DNA of 45,311 nt, taken from positions 1 through 45,311 of the IMG/VR virus record IMGVR_UViG_3300037461_000350; one strand, given 5' to 3'. Below are positions 36,427-45,311 of this stretch, in pieces. The position numbers and the translations under genes are program-made. The notes below the pieces were generated by a model. The model was not told the origin of the DNA and ran no database searches. It saw only the letters and a program-made list of their open reading frames with translations. The stretch is from a virus (lineage: Duplodnaviria; Caudoviricetes). How positions within the stretch are numbered: the first letter of the stretch is position 1; every line of letters starts with the position of its first letter.

Positions 36427-36492
36427 CCCCTTTTCCCTTTTGCCGGCAGGGGCGCGTCTGCCTGACCACCGCGCAATTTCAAGGAGAGACGC

Positions 36493-38655
36493 ATGATCGA
36501 AAGAGTAGAACTGAACGGATTTAAAGGCCTGACAAGGTCTTACAACCTTGACGGGCCGACACTCCTCCTGGGCCGCAACGGTGCCGGGAAGACCGCCTGC
36601 CAGGAGGCCTTGGTCTACGCCCTGACGGGCCGGGTCCCGGCAGGCAAGAGCAACGATGCCGCCGCACAGTGGTTCGGGCCCCGCGGCGGGTACGTCCGGG
36701 TCCACGATTCCGATGGCCGGTGGATCCAGCGGGGCATCAACCGGGACCACCGCAAAGGAACCGTGTCCGCCGTCCTGGCGACCTCGGACGACGTCGAGGG
36801 CCAGCCGGCCAACCTGGACGCCTGGCGCACCGCCGACTGCACCCTGGACGTCAGGGAGTTCCTGGCGCTGAGTCCGGACAAGCGCAGGGAGTACATCCTC
36901 CGCCTCGTCGGCGGCGGTACCTGGACGCCGGAGACCATGGAGACGCTCGAGCACGAGTACGCGGTGGCCCTCGGGGGCCCCGGGACGCCCGTCGGTGCCC
37001 TGACCGAGCCGGACGCCATGCCAGAGGCACTGCGGCCCCTGGCCGAGGCCTGGACGAGTCCCCGGGGAATCGGCGAATGGATCAACCTCCGGCTCCAGCG
37101 GGCCAAGGGAACGCTGTCCGAGACGATCGCCGACCTGGAGGCGCTGGCCAAGGACGAGATTTCGAGCCACCGGCGGGCCGCCGCGGAGGGGCGCGCCGCC
37201 GCCAAGGAGCTCGAGGCCGCCGCCCAGGGGGCCCGGGTGGCCGCCGGCGACGTTGACAGGTGCCGGGACGCACTCACGAAGACACGGCGCGCGGCCAAGA
37301 ACCGGGAGACGTACCAGACCCGGCGGGACCAGGCCGCCGCGAGGGTGGCGGAAACCACCGCCGAGCTCACCCGGGCACGGGAGCACGTCCAGGAGCTCAC
37401 CATTGCCGCCGAGCGGGCGTCGAAGGCCTGGGTGGCTGCCGAAGAGCCCAAGGCGCCCGGGGAGGGCGGGAATCCGTGGGCGGAGAAGATGGATGAGTCG
37501 CGCCGGGAGGTGAATCGTCTTGAGAAGATCGCCGCCGAGCGGGCCTCCAGGAACGGCGCGCTGGCCCAGGCAGAAGAACGGCTCGAACGGATCAAGGCCG
37601 AGAGGGCCCGTCTGGAGGCAGCCCCGATCGGCAAGGCATGGCGGATCGCCCAGGAGATCCCAGCTACGGTCCATCCGCGGATGCCAGAACTCCGGCAGAT
37701 CATCGAAGAGATCAGCCGGGTGACATGGGACCAGATCCGGGACCGGGAGACGGCGCAGCAGAAGACGGAGACCCTGATCGGCGAACTCCAGGCGTCCCTT
37801 CGGGACTTCCCCGCCGACCTGGACGCGCAGGTCGCCGCCGCCCGGGTCGCGTTGGATGCCGCCGAAGGCGAGTTCACCAACGTCCAGCAGACCATCTTTG
37901 CCTCCCAGCATGGCTACCGGGAGGCCCTGCGTACCTACGAGGGTCTGCTGGCCACCTTCTCGCGCGCGCAGGCCGCCGAGGACGAGGCCCGGCAGACGCT
38001 GGCCGCACTGGACGCCGAACTCCAGCGGCAGGAGGCTGCACTGCGGGTCGCGGAAACAGAACTCAGCCACCACTTGAGCGCCGAGGAAACCACGGCCGCG
38101 CTGAAGGACGCCGATGCCGCCGCCGACGCGGCGGTGATGGCCAGCGGCAAGGTCCAGGCCTACGAGGACGCGATCCGCCGCGCCGAGGACGCCGAGTGTA
38201 TGGAGGCCGCCTGGAAGCTCGCGCAGAAGGCGCTAAAGGTGGTCCGCGACGAGTACGTCGGCGGCTCCCTCCAGGAACTGCTGGCCGACATCGACGATGT
38301 CCTCACCCGTGCGGGCAGGCCGGAGCGCGCCTATCTGACCTTGGAGAACGAGCGCGGGCGGCCGATCTTCGACCTCGGCTGGCAGGCCGGCGAGAACCGC
38401 GTCTCCGTGGCGTCCCTCTCCGCCGGGGAGTCGGTGCTCTTCATGGCCGCGCTGGCCGTGGCGTTCCTGCGGAAGTCGGACCACCTGCGGATCCTGCTCC
38501 TGGAACTCGATCCCTTGGACTCGACGAACCTCCCGCGGCTGCTGTGGGCGCTGCCGCCGCTCGCGGACGAGCTCGACGCCATCGTGGCTGGTACCAGTGG
38601 GTACCTGGCGGACTCGGTGGAATTGGTCGACGGGTGGAGCGTGGTGAGGGTGTAA
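36493..38655 (+). CDS. SMC/Rad50-like coiled-coil ATPase
   Basis: IERVELNGFKG, Walker A GRNGAGKT, long coiled coil, signature LSAGE, atypical Walker B LLLELDPLD. Confidence 0.85.
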   Translation: MIERVELNGFKGLTRSYNLDGPTLLLGRNGAGKTACQEALVYALTGRVPAGKSNDAAAQWFGPRGGYVRVHDSDGRWIQRGINRDHRKGTVSAVLATSDDVEGQPANLDAWRTADCTLDVREFLALSPDKRREYILRLVGGGTWTPETMETLEHEYAVALGGPGTPVGALTEPDAMPEALRPLAEAWTSPRGIGEWINLRLQRAKGTLSETIADLEALAKDEISSHRRAAAEGRAAAKELEAAAQGARVAAGDVDRCRDALTKTRRAAKNRETYQTRRDQAAARVAETTAELTRAREHVQELTIAAERASKAWVAAEEPKAPGEGGNPWAEKMDESRREVNRLEKIAAERASRNGALAQAEERLERIKAERARLEAAPIGKAWRIAQEIPATVHPRMPELRQIIEEISRVTWDQIRDRETAQQKTETLIGELQASLRDFPADLDAQVAAARVALDAAEGEFTNVQQTIFASQHGYREALRTYEGLLATFSRAQAAEDEARQTLAALDAELQRQEAALRVAETELSHHLSAEETTAALKDADAAADAAVMASGKVQAYEDAIRRAEDAECMEAAWKLAQKALKVVRDEYVGGSLQELLADIDDVLTRAGRPERAYLTLENERGRPIFDLGWQAGENRVSVASLSAGESVLFMAALAVAFLRKSDHLRILLLELDPLDSTNLPRLLWALPPLADELDAIVAGTSGYLADSVELVDGWSVVRV

Positions 38656-38904
38656 ACATGCGTAGACCTGTACGTTGCTACAAGTGTAACAAGTGGATGG
38701 ATGCGCATCCGCGAGAACCACAGGAGCCAGAAGACAATTACTGGCTAAGAAGCAAGTATTGCACCGATTGCCTTCCCGGTGCGGTGAAAGAATTTTGCCA
38801 GAAGTATGAGCTGAGAAGGCGCTGGCATGATGGACGAAAAAGGCGAAAGATCTACAAGGGGGGAAGGCGGGTGTTTTGAACGGCTGGAGCGTGGTGAGGG
38901 TGTA
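38630..38904 (+). repeat. 25-bp direct repeats (38630-38654 and 38880-38904) flanking a small gene
   Basis: ACGGGTGGAGCGTGGTGAGGGTGTA vs ACGGCTGGAGCGTGGTGAGGGTGTA, 24/25 identical. Confidence 0.9.
38658..38879 (+). CDS. small basic Zn-finger protein
   Basis: CYKC...CTDC; lower GC; lies between direct repeats. Confidence 0.6.
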   Translation: MRRPVRCYKCNKWMDAHPREPQEPEDNYWLRSKYCTDCLPGAVKEFCQKYELRRRWHDGRKRRKIYKGGRRVF

Positions 38905-38940
38905 GGTGTCTCAAGGGTTTCTTAATACAAGGAGAGAGTC

Positions 38941-39915
38941 ATGAGTAAGCCCAAGTGGACTTCCGATCCGTTCGCGGAACAGCAAATGAGGAAACTGAAT
39001 GTCAAGTGGGAGATCAAAGAAGTAAGTATCGATGATATAGACTGGGACAAGAGCACAGCAAACATCGCCAGGATTGGCGTTGCCCTGGATCGCTCCTTTG
39101 TAGATGAGTTGCTGGTAGGTATTAGGCACGGAGACCGATTGCCGATGCCCGTCTTGTGCGCAGTGGGGAAAAAATACGTGACCTTTAGCGGGCATCATCG
39201 CCTGCCTGCGGCGAAGATGGCCGGGATCCGGGTCTTTGATGCCTATGTTTTCAAGACCACTGACGAGGCCGTGCTTGATAACTTGCACAAGATGCTAAAT
39301 CCGCCAGTACGAGCGGTGCCCAAGTCAGACCGCCTGATTTTTGCCAGAGATGCTGTTAGAAAATCAGGCTTCACGATTGCCAAGGCAGCGGATCTGTACA
39401 CGCTCGACAAAAAGAGTCTGAGCGACTACATCGCGGCCGAGAATACAAGGGAAAAGTTGGCGCAGTTGGGGGTGCCCGATTGTACGAAGATCCCGCGCAC
39501 GTCTTTGGAGCATTTGTCGCGGATCAAAAATGCAAATGCGCTGCGAGCCGCAGGGAGGCTCGTCAACGAGGCCAAGTACACAGGGGAAGAAATTATCACC
39601 TTGGTGAGAGACATCCAGGCAGAAGACACGGAGGCTCGCCAGTTGGGTGTTATTGGGGAGGCGGAAAAATCCTGTGGTTTGGACGGTGCGGCAGTCGCGC
39701 CAAGCCCCGTATGTACAAAGCGACACATCAACCGCGGCTTGTCTACGCAAGTACTACGAGCAATTACGTCCTTAGAGAGACATAGCAATGTGCGCACGAT
39801 CAATCAGTGGGGATTCACAGAAACAACGCAAAAAGCCCAAGTTGTCGCGAGAATCAAAAAGCTCTCCCGCAAATTACTGGACATCTGCAAGAGGAGTACA
39901 GAGCCAAGGGAGTAG
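38941..39915 (+). CDS. ParB/Srx N-terminal domain protein with HTH
   Basis: VSIDDID, GDRLPMPV, FSGHHRLPAA (GxHR) motif; HTH-like TIAKAADLYTL. Confidence 0.75.
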   Translation: MSKPKWTSDPFAEQQMRKLNVKWEIKEVSIDDIDWDKSTANIARIGVALDRSFVDELLVGIRHGDRLPMPVLCAVGKKYVTFSGHHRLPAAKMAGIRVFDAYVFKTTDEAVLDNLHKMLNPPVRAVPKSDRLIFARDAVRKSGFTIAKAADLYTLDKKSLSDYIAAENTREKLAQLGVPDCTKIPRTSLEHLSRIKNANALRAAGRLVNEAKYTGEEIITLVRDIQAEDTEARQLGVIGEAEKSCGLDGAAVAPSPVCTKRHINRGLSTQVLRAITSLERHSNVRTINQWGFTETTQKAQVVARIKKLSRKLLDICKRSTEPRE

Positions 39916-39916
39916 G

Positions 39917-40240
39917 GTGCTTCTGCGACTACTGAGCGATTGTGCCACACACACGATAGATGAGATGGTCGCTTATGTGTACGCACATGTGGAACCTGCC
40001 ATACTTGATAGAAGAAGGATTGCCGAGAATGAGAAACACGCCAGACACACGCGAAGAGAATTGGGAACAAAACGGGAATACAGGCCTATTGAGCTGCGCA
40101 CGGAAGAGAGGTTGATGCGGGCAGCCAGGTCGCTGGTCTCGGACTTTATATGCGAGAATAAATACAGAAAACACTTACGGGTTATTCGTAACGGCATGGG
40201 GATATTACAGGAAGTGCAATTGCTCGCGTTGCGTTCGTAA
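39917..40240 (+). CDS. hypothetical protein (start uncertain)
   Basis: ORF directly following ParB-like gene; winged-helix-like pattern. Confidence 0.45.
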   Translation: MLLRLLSDCATHTIDEMVAYVYAHVEPAILDRRRIAENEKHARHTRRELGTKREYRPIELRTEERLMRAARSLVSDFICENKYRKHLRVIRNGMGILQEVQLLALRS

Positions 40241-40260
40241 GGATGGGAAGGTGATTTAAA

Positions 40261-40519
40261 ATGACAGAGACTGCCGAGATATCGATCAGCAAGATCAGGA
40301 TCGACGAGCACTTTGCAAATCGGCTCGGGGAGCCTTCGGAGAAGGAAACGGCGCGACTGACAGACGACATCAACATGAACGGTATCCTGATGCCGCTGCG
40401 GTGAGTGGAAGCCCCAAGGCCTCTTTGAGACCACCCGCCAGGGAGCCGTCTCGAGCGAGTGCAAACGGTGCCTGAAGGTGACCAGGAAGAGGAAGAGGAA
40501 GAGGACGGAAACCCCATGA
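40261..40519 (+). pseudogene. chimeric remnant: truncated ParB N-terminus (40261-40404) overlapping a startless Zn-finger fragment (40391-40519)
   Basis: MTETAEISISKIRIDEHF..L..DI..NGILMPLR* and, in the +1 frame, CRCGEWKP..LF...ECKRC. Confidence 0.55.
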
Positions 40520-40525
40520 GGTGGA

Positions 40526-41305
40526 TTGGTGGCTGGTGAACCCCGTTTAGGCTGCATGCCCTTTTGGGTGGATGACTGGCTCCAGGACGAGCAAGTCCAG
40601 CGGATGCCACCCGCCATCAGGGACACCTACTTCTGGCTAATCTGCGTCAACTGGAGGTCTGGGAGTCTCCCCAGTAACCCGCGAGTTCAGGCCGAGTTGC
40701 TCCCCAGTTCCAGTCGAGTTAGCCGCGAGTTCCGATCGAGTTACGAACGAGTATGGAACGAGTACCTATCAACCCACTTCGTGCCGTGCGGTGACGGAAG
40801 GGTTACCAATAAACGGCTGCAAGTCGAGCAGGAAAAGGTGCTTGCGTTCAAAAGACGCAAGGCGGAAGCAGGCAGAAAAGGCGGCCTAAAGACTCAAGCA
40901 GGGCTTAAGCATCCTACTCCTACTCCTACTCCTACTCCTACTCATCCTGCTCCTATCGGAGCAGGGGGAGAAGAGCCCCGCCCCGCGTTGGGTGATTTCG
41001 AAGACGTAACGGATTTCCTTTTCGGGTTCCTCTGCCCACCCGCGAGAGACTACGAAAAAGACTTGGAGGCCTTGCGCAAGATCGTTCACGAGCCTGGAGA
41101 CTTGGACGCCTGGAAGAAGACGCTCGCCTGGTACGTGAAGCACGGAGGGCCCAAGGACCCGGTTTCTTTTGTCCGGTCCCGGTTCCTGTCCTACCGGCAC
41201 CCGAAGGATTGCCTGAAGGAGTGGGACACGATCAACGGCGGTGACGACGGCTGCGGTGGCTGGCTGAACATTGTGAAGGGAGAGACTCATGAACAACTGG
41301 GCTGA
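40526..41305 (+). CDS. YdaU/DUF1376-family replication initiator
   Basis: MPFWVDDWLQD...Y..LI..W..GSLP, NKRL..E, AGRKGG, PT-repeat linker. Confidence 0.8.
   Translation: MVAGEPRLGCMPFWVDDWLQDEQVQRMPPAIRDTYFWLICVNWRSGSLPSNPRVQAELLPSSSRVSREFRSSYERVWNEYLSTHFVPCGDGRVTNKRLQVEQEKVLAFKRRKAEAGRKGGLKTQAGLKHPTPTPTPTPTHPAPIGAGGEEPRPALGDFEDVTDFLFGFLCPPARDYEKDLEALRKIVHEPGDLDAWKKTLAWYVKHGGPKDPVSFVRSRFLSYRHPKDCLKEWDTINGGDDGCGGWLNIVKGETHEQLG
40671..40769 (+). repeat. nine 11-bp periodic repeats C[CG]AGT[TA]N5, putative origin iterons
   Basis: Cores at 40671, 40682, 40693, 40704, 40715, 40726, 40737, 40748 and 40759. Confidence 0.8.
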
Positions 41306-41747
41306 AATCGACAAGGCGAGGTTCCTTCACGCATTCGCTGAGGCATGGCCGGAGAGTTCCCTTGCGCGCGCTCGAGACGCAAACTCGGAACTCCGGCGTG
41401 TGTGGCTGTACGAACTCGAACGGTATCCGTGCGATGTAGCCCTTGAGGCCTTGGGGGAGATCGTATCCACTCAGGAGTACCACAAGGCTCCGACGCCGGT
41501 ACAGGTGAAAGCGCGGGTTGCGGACATCATGCGGGCCCTGCTGGCCATGAAGGCGCGGGAAGCGAAGGCCATGGCGATCAAGGACGGTGTTTCACCTGAA
41601 GAGTTCGCGGCAGACGAGGCTTACTGGGAGCCGCGGGTGAACAGCCGGGATCCCAAGAAGGCCGCATGGTGGCGCCGGCAGCGCGATCGTCTCTCGCATG
41701 GGCTCTTCCCGGAAGTGTTGGGCAGAGTGCCGGGAGCGGAAGGATGA
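41289..41747 (+). CDS. putative helicase loader/inhibitor (G39P-like)
   Basis: Follows initiator; WLYELE.YP.DVALEAL...PTP pattern. Confidence 0.55.
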   Translation: MNNWAEIDKARFLHAFAEAWPESSLARARDANSELRRVWLYELERYPCDVALEALGEIVSTQEYHKAPTPVQVKARVADIMRALLAMKAREAKAMAIKDGVSPEEFAADEAYWEPRVNSRDPKKAAWWRRQRDRLSHGLFPEVLGRVPGAEG

Positions 41748-42115
41748 GGCAAGTCCAACTCACCGCAGCCGAGTTCCGCGCGCGCCGCTGCGGTGCCAAA
41801 CCGCCGGGTGGCAAGTACCACGTTGCGGACAAGGCGGACAGGACGATCCACGGAATCACCTTCGACTCCAAGCGCGAAATGGAACGCTACCTGGAGCTCC
41901 GGCAACTGCAGGCGGACGGCACGGTGAAACTCTTCCTGCGGCAGCCGCGGTTCGACTTGCCGGGGAAGACGAAGTATTTCGCCGATTTCCTGGTGATCTA
42001 CGCCAACGGAACATACCGGGTGGAGGACGTGAAAGGCATGAGGACGCAAATTTACAAGCTGAAGAAGCGTCAAGTCGAGGAGTTGTACCCGAACGTGAAG
42101 ATCGAGGAGGTGTGA
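41744..42115 (+). CDS. DUF1064 family nuclease-like protein
   Basis: KYH...GITFDSKRE..RY..L...QPRF.L...YFADF...VEDVKG..T..YKLK. Confidence 0.85.
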   Translation: MRQVQLTAAEFRARRCGAKPPGGKYHVADKADRTIHGITFDSKREMERYLELRQLQADGTVKLFLRQPRFDLPGKTKYFADFLVIYANGTYRVEDVKGMRTQIYKLKKRQVEELYPNVKIEEV

Positions 42116-42116
42116 C

Positions 42117-42380
42117 ATGAACCTGCGTTTCTTTCCCGAGGAGTGGTGGCCGGTTTACGTGCCGGACTTCGAGGGTGACTGCGAGGCGGAGTTCACCGAG
42201 GAGGAAGGCCAGCGGTGCTACGAAGTGCTGATCGCGTTTCTGCGCATGCAGAAGCTGATCTGCGAGAAGTTCGGCGTGCCTATGAACTCTCAACTCGAGG
42301 CGACCCTGGAGGAACTGGACGATCTCGAGGACGTGATCAAGTTCCATGTGAAGGACGTTCCGCCGGAAGGGTGGGAGTGA
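42117..42380 (+). CDS. acidic hypothetical protein
   Basis: GGAGG SD; 87 aa ORF. Confidence 0.55.
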   Translation: MNLRFFPEEWWPVYVPDFEGDCEAEFTEEEGQRCYEVLIAFLRMQKLICEKFGVPMNSQLEATLEELDDLEDVIKFHVKDVPPEGWE

Positions 42381-42407
42381 AATAAAACCAAAGCGAGTGG
42401 TGGAGAT

Positions 42408-44705
42408 ATGAAGGCGAAAATAGTGAAGGAAGCCGACTACGATAAGTTTCTCGAATCCAAACGTATTCGAGTGGACAACGTGGGCTTCGACGTGCCGGAG
42501 AACAAGATCAATTCCATGCTCTTTCCGTTCCAGGTTGCGATAACTCGCTGGGCACTGCGGCGTGGCCGTGCGGCGATCTTCGCGGACTGCGGACTCGGGA
42601 AGACTCCGATCCAACTGGAATGGGCGAAGCACGTCGCGGCGAAAACACACAAGCCGGTCTTGATCTTCGCGCCGCTGGCTGTCTCGCAGCAAACGCAACG
42701 CGAGGGAGTGAAGTTCGAGATCCACGTAACGATCTGTGCGGGCGACGCCGACGTGAAGCCGGGGATCAACATTACCAATTACGAGAAGCTCCACCATTTC
42801 ACGCCGGAGCAATTCGGCGGGATCGTTCTCGACGAGTCGAGCATTCTGAAATCTTACGATGGCAAGACCCGCAAGCTTCTCCAGCAATTCTGCGAGGGAA
42901 TCTTCTACCGCCTGGCGGCCACGGCGACCCCGGCTCCCAACGACTTGACGGAGCTTTGCAACCACGCCGAGTTTCTCTCTGTCATGCAGGAGAAGGAGGT
43001 CAAGGCGCTGTTCTTCACGCAAGACGGAAACACCGCGTCGATATGGCGGCTCAAGGGACACGCAACGCAAGCCTTCTGGAAGTGGATGGCCTCGTGGGCC
43101 GTGGCGTGCCGAATGCCAGCGGACCTCGGCTTCGAGAACAACGGCTTTGTCCTTCCGGAGTTGTCGATCAAGCAGGTGGAGGTCCAGCCTACCGGGGAAC
43201 CTATCGACACGATCTTCCACCTCGAGGCGCACACGATGGACGAGCGCAGGGCGGCACGGAGAGAGAGTATTGTTGATCGGGTGCAGGCGGCAGCCGATTT
43301 GGTGAATGGCAATAAAGATCGCTGGCTTGTCTGGTGCGACTTGAACAAGGAAAGTGAAGCGCTACACCGCGCAATTCCCGGAAGCGTCGAGATCAAGGGG
43401 AGCGACACGCTTGAGCACAAAGAAGCCGGAATGATCGGCTTCACCAACGGAGACGTCCGCGTTCTTGTCACAAAACCAAGTATCGCAGGCCACGGGATGA
43501 ACTGGCAACACTGCGCGAATATCGTTTTCGTTGGGCTCTCGGATTCTTACGAGCAATTCTACCAGGCCGTCCGGAGGTGCTGGAGGTTCGGCCAGAAGCG
43601 GCCGGTGACGGCTTACGTAATTACGGCGTCCACGGAGGGCGCGGTGGTAATGAACATTCAAAGGAAGGAAAGGCTGGCGCAGAACATGTTTGATTCTATC
43701 GTGCGGGAAATGGCAAAGGAGATCGACCTGACGGCGGTGGCGCAGCGGGAGGAAATGGTCTACCGCGAGGACGTGGCCACTGGCGAGGACTGGACGATGT
43801 ATCTCGGGGATTGCGTCCATGCCGTGGACAAGATCCAGGACAACTCTATCGGCCTTTGCGTTTTCTCTCCTCCGTTTCCCGGCATGTACACTTACACGAA
43901 CTCGCCTATCGACATGGGCAATACTCGCGGGATCGACGAAATGCTGGAGCATTTCAAGTTCCTGATTGCGCGAGACAAGCTCCTCCGTGTGCTCATGCCG
44001 GGTCGCTCGTGCTGCATTCACTTGACGCAGGCAATCGCCAAGAAAGGGCAGGATGGGTACATTGGTCTCAAGGACTTTCGCGGTAAGGTCATCTCGGTCA
44101 TGGAAGGTTGCGGGTGGGTGTACTACGGGGAAGTCTGTATCGACAAAGATCCGCAGGTGAAGGCGATTCGCACGAAGGACCAGGGACTTCTCTTCAAGAG
44201 CTTGTCGAAGGACTCGTCGAAAATGCACATGGCGTTGGCAGATTACATTCTCCAGTTTCGCAAGCCTGGAGATAACCCGGCTCCGATTCCGGCCGGGATC
44301 TCGACGCGCTACAAGAATACCGAAGGATGGATCACTGACGAGGAGTGGATCGAGTGGGCGGCTCCGGTTTGGTATCGCCACAAGGAAGGGCTCCACGGCG
44401 GGATCAGGGAGACGGACGTTCTCAACGTGTCGGCGGCTCGGGAGGACCAGGACGAGCGGCATCTTTGTCCGCTACAGCTTGGCGTGATCGAGCGGTGCGT
44501 CAAGTTGTGGAGTGCTCCCGGCGAGACGGTGCTTTCGCCTTTTGCGGGAGTCGGGAGCGAGGGTTTTGTAGCGCTGAAACTCAATCGCAAGTTCATTGGC
44601 GTGGAGCTAAAGGAAAGTTACTGGCGGCAGGCGTGCAAGAATCTGAAGCGTGCGGAGCAGGACAAGGTTTCGTTTTTGTCCATGTTTGGTGCGCAGGAAG
44701 TGTAA
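42408..44705 (+). CDS. SF2 helicase - N4/N6 DNA methyltransferase fusion
   Basis: DCGLGKT, LDESS, TATP, G.NWQHC, QAVRRCWRFGQ; MTase FSPPF (motif IV) and VLSPFAGVGS (motif I). Confidence 0.9.
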   Translation: MKAKIVKEADYDKFLESKRIRVDNVGFDVPENKINSMLFPFQVAITRWALRRGRAAIFADCGLGKTPIQLEWAKHVAAKTHKPVLIFAPLAVSQQTQREGVKFEIHVTICAGDADVKPGINITNYEKLHHFTPEQFGGIVLDESSILKSYDGKTRKLLQQFCEGIFYRLAATATPAPNDLTELCNHAEFLSVMQEKEVKALFFTQDGNTASIWRLKGHATQAFWKWMASWAVACRMPADLGFENNGFVLPELSIKQVEVQPTGEPIDTIFHLEAHTMDERRAARRESIVDRVQAAADLVNGNKDRWLVWCDLNKESEALHRAIPGSVEIKGSDTLEHKEAGMIGFTNGDVRVLVTKPSIAGHGMNWQHCANIVFVGLSDSYEQFYQAVRRCWRFGQKRPVTAYVITASTEGAVVMNIQRKERLAQNMFDSIVREMAKEIDLTAVAQREEMVYREDVATGEDWTMYLGDCVHAVDKIQDNSIGLCVFSPPFPGMYTYTNSPIDMGNTRGIDEMLEHFKFLIARDKLLRVLMPGRSCCIHLTQAIAKKGQDGYIGLKDFRGKVISVMEGCGWVYYGEVCIDKDPQVKAIRTKDQGLLFKSLSKDSSKMHMALADYILQFRKPGDNPAPIPAGISTRYKNTEGWITDEEWIEWAAPVWYRHKEGLHGGIRETDVLNVSAAREDQDERHLCPLQLGVIERCVKLWSAPGETVLSPFAGVGSEGFVALKLNRKFIGVELKESYWRQACKNLKRAEQDKVSFLSMFGAQEV

Positions 44706-44734
44706 GGCGGCGACGCCGGAAGGACGGTAACAAC

Positions 44735-45311
44735 ATGAACCCACAGATTCTAACCAATCCAGTTTTCGGTGAGGATTTCGGATCCGGCTACGTCTTCTTC
44801 TCTTACGTCTCCGGCGACCCGATCAGTGCTGGTATCGCGCTGTTCCAGTCGCTTGAGGACGTGCCGTACTCGCGGGTGAGTCACTGCGGGATTATCACGG
44901 AGAACGGTGGTTGTATCGAGGCGACCGCGCCGGTGGTTTGCGAGAGCGACTTCGCCGGGAAGTATCTCAAGGACCCTCACACGGTTGTCCTCCTCCGCAA
45001 GCCGCTGCACTGGAGCGAGGAAGGAACCACAAGGGCGTTGCGCGAGGTGCGGCGCTTCATTGGCCGGCCTTACGCCTACGCTGGCGTCGGCGGCTCGGCG
45101 CTCTACCTGCTACTGACTGCCGGGTGGAGGTGTTGCAGCTTCCTGAGGCGCTGGCAGAATCCGCTGAATCCCAAGAGCCAGATGTTCTGTAGCGAGCTGG
45201 TGGTCCACGGGATGCGGAACTTCGAGGGGAAGACTGGGTGTCTCAAGTACGACGCGAGCAACGTGACGCCGGCGGATCTCTTCTGTGACCGGAAGATCTG
45301 GAAGCCGTGGA
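44735..45311 (+). CDS. permuted papain-like amidase (YiiX/YebB, peptidase C92-like), 3'-truncated
   Basis: Translated by hand (absent from ORF track): SHCGI..CIEA...IGRPY...FCSELV...VTPADL; open to window end. Confidence 0.8.
   Translation, partial: MNPQILTNPVFGEDFGSGYVFFSYVSGDPISAGIALFQSLEDVPYSRVSHCGIITENGGCIEATAPVVCESDFAGKYLKDPHTVVLLRKPLHWSEEGTTRALREVRRFIGRPYAYAGVGGSALYLLLTAGWRCCSFLRRWQNPLNPKSQMFCSELVVHGMRNFEGKTGCLKYDASNVTPADLFCDRKIWKPW

Noticed and set aside
27624-38073. Long antisense or alternate-frame ORFs (e.g. 27624-29483, 31766-33532 upstream part, 35953-38073)
   Set aside because: Shadows of high-GC genes, with Arg/Pro/Gly-biased translations and no motifs
40911-40957. (CCTACT)n microsatellite as a phase-variation tract
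   Set aside because: 6-bp unit preserves frame and encodes an ordinary Pro-Thr linker
2590-44705. Genome-wide stop codon reassignment or Cys recoding
   Set aside because: Core genes are intact under the standard code and all three stops terminate genes; Cys richness alone is insufficient evidence
1-45311. Exact circular closure of the window ends
   Set aside because: Joining would end the amidase plausibly (KPWSWFGC*), but there is no terminal repeat and bases 2-43 look like the end of another gene (LVWVLKHFPGWPG*) followed by an SD; cannot be decided

Overview
The window is a near-complete ~45 kb, high-GC, lambda-like siphophage genome with no recognisable host DNA. Almost all genes are on the + strand. 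Gene order: small late/lysis-type genes, a cos-like region, Nu1/GpA terminase, gpW-like adaptor, lambda-type portal, a prohead protease-scaffold-major capsid fusion, tandem DUF2190-like paralogs, neck and tail genes (with a canonical -1 frameshift chaperone), tape measure, and an M/L/K/I-J tail tip. A ~10 kb accessory virion block follows, rich in glycan-related modules (GT-A-like glycosyltransferase, two LamG proteins, a heparinase II-like lyase). Then come two minus-strand membrane/lipoprotein genes, a tyrosine integrase, a hairpin-dense leader, and an early operon (Cas4-like exonuclease, RecT, SMC-like ATPase, ParB-like protein, YdaU/DUF1376 initiator with 11-bp repeats, helicase-methylase fusion, permuted papain amidase running off the end). 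The most unusual observations are: (1) one Fn3 domain split between two genes, with a two-gene cassette lying in frame between the halves; (2) a heparinase II-like lyase in the virion module; (3) no CI-type repressor, but a possible antisense-RNA/terminator control element; (4) an integrase whose arm domain appears to need an ACG start; (5) a small gene flanked by 25-bp direct repeats. All family assignments come from motif recognition by eye, not from database searches.
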